NCBI GenBank assembly: GCA_036676395.1
Contig: JAKFCY010000002.1
Coordinates: 2,016,001-2,080,000, forward strand
Length of the DNA: 64,000 bases
DNA from: Bdellovibrio sp.
Lineage (GTDB): Bacteria > Bdellovibrionota > Bdellovibrionia > Bdellovibrionales > Bdellovibrionaceae
Direction of reading: 5' to 3'
Under the pieces are notes generated by a model, which did no database searches, was not told where the DNA came from, and saw only the letters and a list, made by a program, of their open reading frames with translations. Every line of letters starts with the position of its first letter. The stretch's first letter is position 1. Made by a program: the position numbers and the translations under genes. Positions 29,616 to 39,600 of this stretch are shown in pieces.

Positions 29616-30437
29616 TTATGGATAAATTAAAACCGGCTTTTCGCTCGAGCGCACTAACTTGGCATTTACACTACCAAAAATAGGAAAACGCTTTTTAGAA
29701 TTTTTTGGTGTGATTGCGATCAGATCAAACTTTTTTGAATATTGTAGGATATGACTGGCTACGTCTCCGGGATTCTTACTTGTTTTAAGATTCGGATACT
29801 TCGTCTTCATTAATTTTATTTTTTTATCTTCTTCTTTTTTTAAAAAGGTATAAACAGGAACCCAAGCCGAATAATCTAATAAAGGCGTTGGCTCTTCTAA
29901 CACATAATACAATTCAAACTTTCCATTTACTGGTTTACTGAGGAGTTTTACCCCTTCGACCGTGTGATCTGAACTGTGGCTCAGATCAGAGGGCACAAGA
30001 ATATTTTTTGGCACAATAATTTTATGACCACGCTGAATCCAGACAGGAAAAGGAGATTTCTGTGCGATCTTTTCTGCCGTACTGCCAAGAAGCATATTTA
30101 AAAGGCGGCTGTGCCCCTTGTTGCCGACAATGATCATTGGATTAGCGAATTTTTTTGCAAATCCAATGACTTCAGCATCGGCTTTTCCAAACTTTATGCT
30201 GACCTTTGTTTTTTTATCAAGCTTGTAGATTTTATTAATTCTTTCAGTGGTACGCTGAATAATTTCTGTTTTATACGTCGGCGCATACCAATCAACAGGG
30301 CAAACAAATACCAAATTCATCGGTATAGCCATATTCTCGGCCAGCATTTTAGCTTCGCGAACAACTATTTTTGAATAGTCTGAAAGATCAACACCTACAA
30401 TGAGGTTTTTAATTTTTTTGTTTTTCATCGTGCCCAC
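29616..30437 (-). CDS. Universal stress protein, paralog 3
   Basis: LIVGVDLSDYS and GNKGHS...LLGSTAEKI motifs. Confidence 0.9.
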   Translation of the reverse strand: MGTMKNKKIKNLIVGVDLSDYSKIVVREAKMLAENMAIPMNLVFVCPVDWYAPTYKTEIIQRTTERINKIYKLDKKTKVSIKFGKADAEVIGFAKKFANPMIIVGNKGHSRLLNMLLGSTAEKIAQKSPFPVWIQRGHKIIVPKNILVPSDLSHSSDHTVEGVKLLSKPVNGKFELYYVLEEPTPLLDYSAWVPVYTFLKKEEDKKIKLMKTKYPNLKTSKNPGDVASHILQYSKKFDLIAITPKNSKKRFPIFGSVNAKLVRSSEKPVLIYP

Positions 30438-30449
30438 CGTTTGGCTTTT

Positions 30450-30857
30450 TTAAGTGTGAGATCTGGTGACTAAAACCTCTGAAAAAGCTTTAAAGGCATC
30501 AACCTCAGTGAAAATTCCCACAAGCTTTGCGTTATCCATGACAAGCGCACAGCCATATTTTTTTTCAGCCATTTCAGCCAAGACTTCATTTAGCGGTGCA
30601 TCGGGTGTTGTACAATAAGGATCTAAAGTACAGGCGTCTTCAACCATAACTTTTGTAGGATCAACGTCTTTAAAACCAAGAACAAATTTGATGTCGCGAT
30701 CAGATAAGATTCCAACAATTTTACCGTCCTTTAGAACTGGTAAATGTCGGATGTGTAATTTTCTTAAGATCTCAGATGCACTAGCTATAGTTTGATCATA
30801 GCCAATCGATTTTGGAACAAAGGTCATGTATTTCTGTACTTTGGGAATTGCTTTCAT
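30450..30857 (-). CDS. CBS-pair protein
   Basis: IRHLPVL...VGILSDRD and LVGIFTEVD motifs. Confidence 0.9.
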   Translation of the reverse strand: MKAIPKVQKYMTFVPKSIGYDQTIASASEILRKLHIRHLPVLKDGKIVGILSDRDIKFVLGFKDVDPTKVMVEDACTLDPYCTTPDAPLNEVLAEMAEKKYGCALVMDNAKLVGIFTEVDAFKAFSEVLVTRSHT

Positions 30858-30898
30858 GGGTTAGCCTTTCAAGGTTATTGTTGCTGTTAACCAATACA

Positions 30899-31050
30899 AC
30901 AAGAAGTGAGCCACACTCTAATGCAATACAATTGACAACAAAGTTAATTTAATGACAAATTGTCATAGTAGCCCGTGGCGATTAGCCAAGTTGTCATACG
31001 TACCAAAGCCATAAATAGCCTGTTGAATTTGAGATTGGCACTGACTTTGA
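30899..31050. promoter_or_regulatory. Divergent sigma54 promoters sharing two activator boxes
   Basis: Boxes ATGACAAATTGTCAT (30952-66) and TAGCCAAGTTGTCAT (30983-97). Minus promoter TGGCTCACTTCTTGT (GG 30912-11); plus promoter TGGCACTGACTTTGA (GG 31037-38). Confidence 0.72.
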
Positions 31051-31089
31051 AATTACTAATTTGATGTTCATAAAAAAGAGAAATGCCTA

Positions 31090-32487
31090 ATGAAATATAA
31101 AATAGCCGTTGTAGATGATGATGTTGAAATGGGTCGCGTCGTGCACGATCTGCTAGTCGATGCTGGATATATTGTTAATCAATATTCTTCAGCTTCTGAG
31201 GCCCTGGCAAAATTTAAAACTGATTTGCCACAAGTTTTAATCACTGATCATAAAATGAAAGATATTGATGGCTTGATGTTTTTACGTAAAGTCCAGGCTG
31301 ATTATCCCGAAATCGTTTCTATTATGATGACGGCCTTTGGTTCGATCGAAACCGCAATTGAAGCCATGAAGGCCGGCGCTTATCATTATATTGTTAAGCC
31401 TTTTAAAAATGAAGAACTTTTATTGTTAGTACAAAGAGCTACCGAAAGATCAGGACTAAAAAAAGAAAATAAAATTCTTCGCACTGAACTGAATAAAAGT
31501 TTTAAACTTGAATCGGTTGTCGGCAAAAGCCCGGCGATGAATTCTATTTTTGAAATGATAAAATTAGTCAGCAGCGCCACCGCAAATGTTCTTATTTCTG
31601 GCGAAAGCGGTTCAGGAAAAGAAATCGTCGCCAGAGCTATTCATAACTCTGGCGCAAGAAAAAACAAATCTTTTATCCCTCTTAACTGCTCTGCGATTCC
31701 AGAAAACCTTTTAGAAAGCGAACTGTTTGGCCATGTGAAAGGATCTTTCACAGGGGCCCTGACCGACAAAAAAGGATTATTTGAAGAAGCCAATGGAGGC
31801 ACACTTTTTCTTGATGAGATTGGTGATTTAGGCCTACCTCTACAAGCAAAACTATTGCGCGTTCTGCAAGATCAGCAAATTAGACCGGTCGGCAGCAATC
31901 AGTTAAAACAAGTCGACGTTCGTATTATAGCGGCGACGCATCGCGATTTAAAGATCCTCGTTAAAGATGAAAAATTCAGAGAAGATTTATTTTATCGTTT
32001 AAATGTATTACAAATCCGGGTTCCAGCGCTTCGCGAACGTAAAGAAGATATTCCGTTGCTAGTTGAAAGTTTCATTCAAAAGTTTAGCGCCAGAAATAAT
32101 TCTAAAGTAACCGGCATTTCTCCTGAAGCCATGGCCATTCTAATGGCACACCCTTGGCCTGGAAATGTACGAGAACTTGAGAATGTCATAGAGCGTGCGA
32201 TGGTGTTAAGCCGTGGCGAACAAATCGAAAAAAATGTTGTTCTGGATAGCGCTTTAAGCGAAGCCAAAGATACAATAGATCAATTACAGACCGACCGCCC
32301 TACTCTGGAAAAACTAGAAGAACGCTATATAAAATTAGTATTAAGTGAAACCGATTACAAAAAAGATGAAGCCGCCAAAGTTTTAGGACTCAGCCGTCGC
32401 ACACTTTACCGCAAAGAAAGACTTTACGGGATGGTTTCAGAAGATTTGTCTGAAGAAATGGATGAAAATGATCACTCTAACAAATGA
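31090..32487 (+). CDS. NtrC/AtoC-family sigma54 enhancer-binding response regulator
   Basis: REC domain, [42 protein letters not shown] and a Fis-type HTH. Confidence 0.95.
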   Translation: MKYKIAVVDDDVEMGRVVHDLLVDAGYIVNQYSSASEALAKFKTDLPQVLITDHKMKDIDGLMFLRKVQADYPEIVSIMMTAFGSIETAIEAMKAGAYHYIVKPFKNEELLLLVQRATERSGLKKENKILRTELNKSFKLESVVGKSPAMNSIFEMIKLVSSATANVLISGESGSGKEIVARAIHNSGARKNKSFIPLNCSAIPENLLESELFGHVKGSFTGALTDKKGLFEEANGGTLFLDEIGDLGLPLQAKLLRVLQDQQIRPVGSNQLKQVDVRIIAATHRDLKILVKDEKFREDLFYRLNVLQIRVPALRERKEDIPLLVESFIQKFSARNNSKVTGISPEAMAILMAHPWPGNVRELENVIERAMVLSRGEQIEKNVVLDSALSEAKDTIDQLQTDRPTLEKLEERYIKLVLSETDYKKDEAAKVLGLSRRTLYRKERLYGMVSEDLSEEMDENDHSNK

Positions 32488-33619
32488 AGGTTTATCCTCG
32501 AAGACTTTCGCACATCTTAAATCAGCTATCGACGAAGCGGCGATTGTGGCTATTACCGACAAACAGGGGCTTATTACCTACGTTAATAAAAAGTTCTGTG
32601 ATATTTCTCAGTATTCAAGAGAAGAACTGATTGGCAAAACTCATCAGATTATTAATTCTCATTACCATCCCAAAGAATTTTTTTTAGAAATGTGGAAAAC
32701 AATTTCTCAAGGTACCGTATGGGAAGGCGAAGTACGTAACCGCGCTAAAGACGGTAGCGTTTATTGGGTTAATACAACCATTGTTCCTTTTCTAGACGCT
32801 GATGGAAAACCAGAACAATACGTCGCGGTTCGATATGAAATTACCAAAAGCAAACAATTTGAAGAACAATTAAAAATTTATGCGAAAAAACTTGAGGTCA
32901 GCAACAAAGAACTTCAAGATTTTGCCTCGGTGGCTGCACATGATTTACAAGAACCACTCAGAAAAATTCAGTCTTTCTCAGATCGACTTGTAACTAAAGC
33001 CAAAGAACAACTGACTAAAGAAACCTTTGACTATGTTGATAGAATCCAGAATTCGGCCCACCGAATGCAAGTCTTGATTGATGATCTACTTACCTATTCA
33101 CGCGTGACCACAAAAAACGCACCCTTCTCTGTGATTAATTTAAATGACATCATCGCCCAAGTTGTTTCAGATCTTGAAGTTCGAATTGAACAAAGCCACG
33201 GCAAAGTTGTTTGGCAAAATCTTCCTTCACTAGAAGCTGACCCAACTCAAATGCGTCAGTTATTTCAAAACTTAATCAGCAATGCACTAAAGTTTAAAAA
33301 ATCTGACTTAAACCCATTAGTCACAGTATCTGCTAAGATCTTTGATAACTCACCCCTAGGACGCCCTGGCCCGGCCTGCCAAATCACTATTCAAGACAAT
33401 GGGATCGGTTTCGATGAAAAATACTTAGACCGTATCTTCACTATTTTTCAAAGGTTACATGGTCGCCATGAATACGAAGGCACAGGTATCGGCTTAGCGG
33501 TTTGTCGAAAAATCGTGGACCGCCATGGTGGATTCATTACTGCTGCATCGCTGCCTGATCAGGGTGCTACTTTTATTGTAACATTGCCGTTAAAACAAAA
33601 TTCTGGAGACTCAATATGA
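32462..33619 (+). CDS. Cytoplasmic PAS histidine kinase
   Basis: PAS domain (YVNKKFC...MWKTI...WEGEVRNRAKDG); AHDLQEPLRKI H-box; FQNLISNA and GTGIGL. Confidence 0.92.
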   Translation: MKMITLTNEGLSSKTFAHLKSAIDEAAIVAITDKQGLITYVNKKFCDISQYSREELIGKTHQIINSHYHPKEFFLEMWKTISQGTVWEGEVRNRAKDGSVYWVNTTIVPFLDADGKPEQYVAVRYEITKSKQFEEQLKIYAKKLEVSNKELQDFASVAAHDLQEPLRKIQSFSDRLVTKAKEQLTKETFDYVDRIQNSAHRMQVLIDDLLTYSRVTTKNAPFSVINLNDIIAQVVSDLEVRIEQSHGKVVWQNLPSLEADPTQMRQLFQNLISNALKFKKSDLNPLVTVSAKIFDNSPLGRPGPACQITIQDNGIGFDEKYLDRIFTIFQRLHGRHEYEGTGIGLAVCRKIVDRHGGFITAASLPDQGATFIVTLPLKQNSGDSI

Positions 33620-34083
33620 AAATAAAACCTAAAAGCAAAGTTCCTATTTTGGTCGCCGACGATGATTTAGACGATTGCCAAATGATTAAAGAAGCCCTTC
33701 AAGAAAGTCGTTTACTGAACGAAATACACTTCGTTCACGATGGCGAAGAACTGATGAATTACTTAAATCATCAGGGAAAATACACAGACCAGATAAAATA
33801 CCCACAACCCGGCTTAATTCTTTTAGATTTAAATATGCCAAAAAAAGATGGCCGAGAAGCTTTAAAAGAAATTAAGACAAACCCAGCCCTGCGACAGATT
33901 CCCGTTGTCGTATTGACTACGTCAAAAGCTGAAGAAGATATCTATCGCACTTATAATTTAGGAGTTAATTCTTTTATTACCAAGCCTATAGCTTTTAATT
34001 CTTTGGTTACGATTATGACCGAACTAGGTCGCTACTGGTTTGAAATTGTAGAGTTGCCTGAAGCACCACGTAAGGAATTCTAA
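33616..34083 (+). CDS. Single-domain response regulator (Rcp1-like)
   Basis: ADDDLDD, LLDLNMPKKDG, LTTS and KP motifs. Confidence 0.92.
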   Translation: MKIKPKSKVPILVADDDLDDCQMIKEALQESRLLNEIHFVHDGEELMNYLNHQGKYTDQIKYPQPGLILLDLNMPKKDGREALKEIKTNPALRQIPVVVLTTSKAEEDIYRTYNLGVNSFITKPIAFNSLVTIMTELGRYWFEIVELPEAPRKEF

Positions 34084-35534
34084 TGGCGCACTTCAGAGTC
34101 TTGTTAATTGATGATGATGAAGATGAATTCATCAACATGCGTGATCTATTTCAGGAAATTACGACAAGTAAATACGAATTAACTTGGAAATCAAATTACA
34201 AAGACGGCCTGGCCTCGCTGCAAACGGGCAATTTTGATATATGCCTGCTGGATTATCGCCTTGGCGAACGCACAGGGCTAGAATTACTCAAAGAAGCCCA
34301 AGAAACGTCTCTTAACTGCCCTGTAATTTTATTAACTGGACATGGCGACAGAGACCTTGATCTTCAGGCCATGCAAATCGGTGCAGCTGAATATTTAATT
34401 AAAAAACAGTTAACAGCCCCTCTTCTTGAAAGAACACTTCGATACTCAATGAAGCATGCTATGGACATGGATGAACTTCATGACCAAAAAGAAAATTTTA
34501 AGACATTATTAAACTCTACTTTCGAAGCCATATTTGTTCTGAAAAATGAGATCGTTCAAGAGGTTAATTCAAGCGCTGGTGAAATCTTTGGCTATGAAAC
34601 TGGTGAAATGTTACACCAGTCTTTTTTTAAACTTATACGCCAAAGTGATATTGCTATGGCAAAATCAAAACTGAGCTTAGCCGAAAGAGTCCGCTTTGAA
34701 TGTGTCGGCATTCGAAAAGATAATTCAGAAATCTACATTGAAGTATCACATCGGTTAGTCACTTTGAAAAATTCTTCGTATACGCTAGTGGCCATTAAAG
34801 ATTTAACAGAAACTAAAATGATGGAAAGTCAGATTTTGCAGCAAGACAGGATGGCCTCATTGGGTTTACTGGCTTCAAGCTTAGCCCATGAAATTGGAAC
34901 CCCACTGGGAATCATTCGCAGTCGTGCAGAGCTGGCTGCCAAAAAATCTTCTGACAATACTTCTCTTAAGCAGGATATGGACAGTGTTGTCACCCAGATT
35001 GATCGAATTACTAAGCTAGTGAATTCACTTTTACATATTGCCCGCACCAACAACTCTGACCACGCAGCAACCGTTTCTCTGGCAAAAGTCAAAGATGACA
35101 TTATTAATCTAATTAAACACGAATTGGATCTTAAAAATATTAATCTTAAAATTTCGATTGCTGAAGATCTTCAGGTGAAAGCAGAAGCCGGGCCGCTTGG
35201 ACAAGTGCTTTTAAACTTACTCATTAATTCTGTGCATGCTATTGAAGAATCTAAAAAAAGTGCTCCAGAAAAACAGCACGAAATTTCGCTGGCAGCAATC
35301 TCTGATAACAAACATGTCTACATTTCAATTCGCGATACAGGCTGTGGCATCCCTGAAAAAAACATGTCTCAACTTTTTAAACCTTTCTTTACAACAAAGG
35401 ATATCGGGCAAGGCACAGGCTTAGGCTTGGCAACCTCGTACAAGCTGATTCACTCTTGGGGTGGAAAAATTTCGGCAAAAAGCAAAGTGTCAGAAGGTAC
35501 AACTTTTGAAATTGTGCTTTCTAAGATACGTTAA
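34083..35534 (+). CDS. Hybrid REC-PAS-histidine kinase (NtrB-type kinase core)
   Basis: N-terminal REC, PAS, AHEIGTPL H-box and FFTTKDIGQGTGLGL. Confidence 0.9.
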   Translation: MAHFRVLLIDDDEDEFINMRDLFQEITTSKYELTWKSNYKDGLASLQTGNFDICLLDYRLGERTGLELLKEAQETSLNCPVILLTGHGDRDLDLQAMQIGAAEYLIKKQLTAPLLERTLRYSMKHAMDMDELHDQKENFKTLLNSTFEAIFVLKNEIVQEVNSSAGEIFGYETGEMLHQSFFKLIRQSDIAMAKSKLSLAERVRFECVGIRKDNSEIYIEVSHRLVTLKNSSYTLVAIKDLTETKMMESQILQQDRMASLGLLASSLAHEIGTPLGIIRSRAELAAKKSSDNTSLKQDMDSVVTQIDRITKLVNSLLHIARTNNSDHAATVSLAKVKDDIINLIKHELDLKNINLKISIAEDLQVKAEAGPLGQVLLNLLINSVHAIEESKKSAPEKQHEISLAAISDNKHVYISIRDTGCGIPEKNMSQLFKPFFTTKDIGQGTGLGLATSYKLIHSWGGKISAKSKVSEGTTFEIVLSKIR

Positions 35535-35602
35535 GAAAAACCGTTTTTATTCATGACAAACTGGGCTTTGACGCCATCGCATAATTTCGACATTATGGAT
35601 TT

Positions 35603-36682
35603 ATGAGCTTACCAACTCTTAAAAAGATCATCCATGTCGACATGGATGCATTTTATGCTTCTGTTGAACAGCGTGATCACCCAGAATACAAGGGTAAACC
35701 CGTAGCTGTCGGTTACGCCGGTGCACGCGGCGTTGTGGCTGCGGCCAGTTATGAAGCCCGAAAATTTGGTGTGCGATCAGCTATGGCTTCGGCGACAGCA
35801 CTTCGCAAATGCCCGTCTTTGGTTTTTCTTCCTACACGCTTTGATGTTTACAAATCTATTTCAAAACAAATTCACGAAATTTTTTCTGAATACACTTCAT
35901 TAATTGAGCCTCTTTCGCTTGATGAGGCCTATCTTGATGTTACAGAAAATATTAAAGGCTTAAAATCAGCCACTGTCACGGCTGAAGAAATTCGCCGGCG
36001 TATTTTTGATGCCACCAAACTTACCGCTTCAGCTGGCATTTCATACAATAAATTTTTAGCTAAGATTGCCTCTGATATTAAGAAACCTAATGGTCAGTTT
36101 ACAATTCTGCCTTCGCAAGGCGAAGAATTTATTGAAAAACTAAAGATCGAAAAATTTTATGGTATTGGCCCTGTAACTGCAAAAAAAATGAAAGGCTTAG
36201 GTATTCATAACGGGGCTGATCTTAAAAAACAGTCGCTGCTATTTTTAAAAACTCATTTTGGAAAAACCGGTGAATGGTATTATGCCATCGCCCGCGGTGA
36301 AGATGATCGCCGCGTTGAGCCAGACCGCCCGCGCAAATCATACAGTTCTGAAAATACTTTTGCCGCTGATTTATTTGAACAGGCTGAGGTTACTAAAGAA
36401 GCTTTAAAGTTGATGGATGAAGCCTGGCTCTGGAGTGAAAAAAATAAAATCTTTGGCCGAACCGTGACGATTAAAATTAAATTCAGCGATTTTAAACAGA
36501 TTACACGTTCTCGCAGCCTTACTGTTCAAATTGACTCCAGAGACGTCATTGAAAAATTAATTATAGAATTAATTCAAGGAATATTTCCGCTGGAGTTAGG
36601 CATTCGTTTAATCGGTGTAGGTCTTTCAAACTTTGATCATATTGAAGAAGAAATTACAAGTCAGTTAAGTCTTCTTACTTAA
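35603..36682 (+). CDS. dinB: DNA polymerase IV
   Basis: HVDMDAFYASVEQ, SYEARKFG, SLDEAYLD and KFLAKIASD motifs. Confidence 0.95.
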   Translation: MSLPTLKKIIHVDMDAFYASVEQRDHPEYKGKPVAVGYAGARGVVAAASYEARKFGVRSAMASATALRKCPSLVFLPTRFDVYKSISKQIHEIFSEYTSLIEPLSLDEAYLDVTENIKGLKSATVTAEEIRRRIFDATKLTASAGISYNKFLAKIASDIKKPNGQFTILPSQGEEFIEKLKIEKFYGIGPVTAKKMKGLGIHNGADLKKQSLLFLKTHFGKTGEWYYAIARGEDDRRVEPDRPRKSYSSENTFAADLFEQAEVTKEALKLMDEAWLWSEKNKIFGRTVTIKIKFSDFKQITRSRSLTVQIDSRDVIEKLIIELIQGIFPLELGIRLIGVGLSNFDHIEEEITSQLSLLT

Positions 36683-39600
36683 CTTTGACACAAACTTTCG
36701 ATTTTGGATGCAGTTCGCAAAGTGCTGATTTTAGTTCGGCAGCTTGCGATTCGGCTTTAATCGCTCGCGAAGAAGCGTCTTCAGCAATATTTCTAAGTTG
36801 AGCATTTTCAGCCTTTATCTTAGCAATCTCTGAGTGAATCTCATGCGAATCGTGAAACCAGACACTGTAGAACTCTTTCAATGCATTGATCAGAAGGGGA
36901 ATAATTTCAACGTACTTAACACCTAACATGCCGTTGGATTTTCGCTCAATCGCTTCAGGTAAAACTTTTTCAACGTCTTGGGCAATCACACCCACGCGAC
37001 GAGGAGCAGACTCAGAATCAGTGTTGTAAAGATAAGTCATCCCATTTAGCTGCAGAGCTTTTTCAAGAGCTGATTCAATCGGGCGAATATGTTTTTTAAG
37101 ACGGCGATCAGAGTTAGCAGCCCAACTTGTACCACCGTTACTCATCCACTGCCCCGTGCCTGAGCCATTGTAAATAATAAAGCTTCCAGTTCCACCTTCA
37201 GGCCCGACTGACCACGAAGCCGTTGGATTCGATAACTTAAGTGGCGTACCGCTCGAATGAGCATGTAAAATTGCTCCCGGATTAGTAAGGCCAATACCAA
37301 CCTCACCAGTTGAGTGCTCGACATAAACCTTACCGTCAGCAAGATAAACATCACCACTGGCATTGTTTACACTCATTGGTCTTAAAGTATTCCACGTGCC
37401 ATACTGATTTCCTGAAGCTGTTAACAGTGGCATATAGGTATTAACGCCATCATTTCTGATCATGGCTGCGTAATTGCCGCCAATAGCCCGAAAATTCGCA
37501 TAGGTGCCTAGTGCCGCAACGACTTCGCCATTTACATCCAACTTTTGTTGCGGTGATGTTTTACCTATACCGACATTACCACCAGCGTCTTGTAAAACTA
37601 AGGCCTGACTCACGTTCGAACCAATTGACATAAAAGCATTTGCTGGGGTGGCGTTATAAGTCCATTTAATACGTCCACGATTGGTCGCATCTTGTCCTAA
37701 TGTAAATAGAGTATTTGCGTTTGCACTTCCAAGAGTTATTGAACTAAGAGGATTTGCCATTGCACCTAAATCTGCACCAACAGAAAGAATATTTGCAGGC
37801 GATGATGTACTCACACCGACATAACCGGCCGGAGTAATAACCATCGAAGGGTTAACATGACCGGAGTTTACACCATTTTGATCTGCATTTAAGTATAAAT
37901 AACTTAACGTACTGCTTGTAGCCAGAGCACCAAAGCTACCAAGTTTTGAACCACCATAACCTAAAGAAAACTCTCTGGCCCAGCTTCCAGAGTATGTATT
38001 TGAAGTATCAATATACGCGCCATATGTTGGACCACTGTACCCTAACCGAACTGCACCACCTGAAGTTCCCGCACTAATATCTAGCTGTGCAGCAGGTGCC
38101 GTCGTACCTATTCCGATGTTACCTGAACTTCCGGCAATAAATAATCTTGTCGTGTCGTTCGCAAACAAATGAAAATTATTTAAATTTTTTGTTCCTAAGA
38201 ATAAATCAGCTTCGGCGGCAATGGTATTTCCATCGAAGTTAAGTGAAGTTCCTGAGGCTTCTTGCACACGCATGACAGCGTTGTTTAAATTCAGCGAGCC
38301 CACTGAGCCCATCGTTGTGGATTCTAAAACATGAAGTCTTGTGGCTGGCGCGGACGTACCAATACCGACATTACCCGGAGATCGAATGACCATCCATTCT
38401 TTATCCAGAGAATCAGTTGTGGTGTGCCCACGAAAAACAAAGCCCCCATCAGTAGCTCCACTAGTTGAATTGCCATCCTGCATTTCTAAAACTATTGCAT
38501 CCAGGTTTGAACCGAAATAATTCGAATCACCCAACAGCCTAAACCCCTCGCCCATATTTGCAAAAATATTACCTGCAACATGTAGTTTTTCAGATGGCGC
38601 TGCTGTACCAACACCGACATCACCGGTTATGTAATTTATGCTAGTTCCAGAAGTATTCCATTGCGAAGATGTAAATGATCCACTCGCAGCTGGTGTATAA
38701 CCAAGTGCTGTAGTCACATCACCTGCGGCTAATGCTGCTGATGAAGTTACGCGCCCTTTAGCATTAACTGTTACTTTTGTGTATGTACCGGCCGTGACGC
38801 CACTGTTAGACAATACCAGTGTATTACTTGCCGCAGCTTTTGTTACATCACCTATGTAGGCCGGAGTTCTTGCAATAGCCAATGTTCCTGTTGCAGAAGC
38901 TGAACCTAAATCTATTGTTGAAGCCGTAGCAAATGTTCCTAATCCTAAATTTGTTCGTGCGGCCACGCTTGAAGCCAGATCACTTAAGTTATTGGCCTTG
39001 ACTAAATAATTTCCAAGAGCAGTTGCGCTTGCTGGCACATAACCTAGCACCTGCGCAACTGAGGCTGCGCTAGAAGTGATTTTATTACTAAACGTTGTAT
39101 AATCTGTATTTGATAAAAGACCCGCAGTTACAGAACCTGCCGAAGCTAATGGAATATTTAATCTATGGATTCCATTAGTTGTTACAAATGCCGGGGCAGT
39201 GCCCGTAGTTCCGTTTGCAAAACTTTGTGTTGCACTTGCTGAACCATTTAATGATTGCAGACCTTCACCCGATACGCCAAAGGCTGCCCAGGTTGTGCCA
39301 TCACAAAATTCTACATTGCCTGCGTTATAACGTAAGGTACCTGCGTAACTGACAGCACATATTGCTGATTCCATACTGATCTTTACACCACCACTGACAA
39401 CTAACTTTGTCACCGGAGCTGTAGTGCCAATGCCCACATTGCCTGTTGAAGTAATGCGAATTTTTTCTGTTCCCGAAGTTGAAAAACCTAATTCATTACT
39501 GCCACCAGAAGAATTTGGATTAAACATTCCCGTATCAGAATCCACATTAAACGCATACGAAGGCTGAGCTGCATTACCACCGGTAAAATAAATTTGCGGA

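Noticed and set aside
35553..35567. ATGACAAACTGGGCT upstream of dinB as another activator box
   Set aside because: Single and degenerate, with no GG-N10-G element 39 nt away; dinB has a good sigma70-type promoter.
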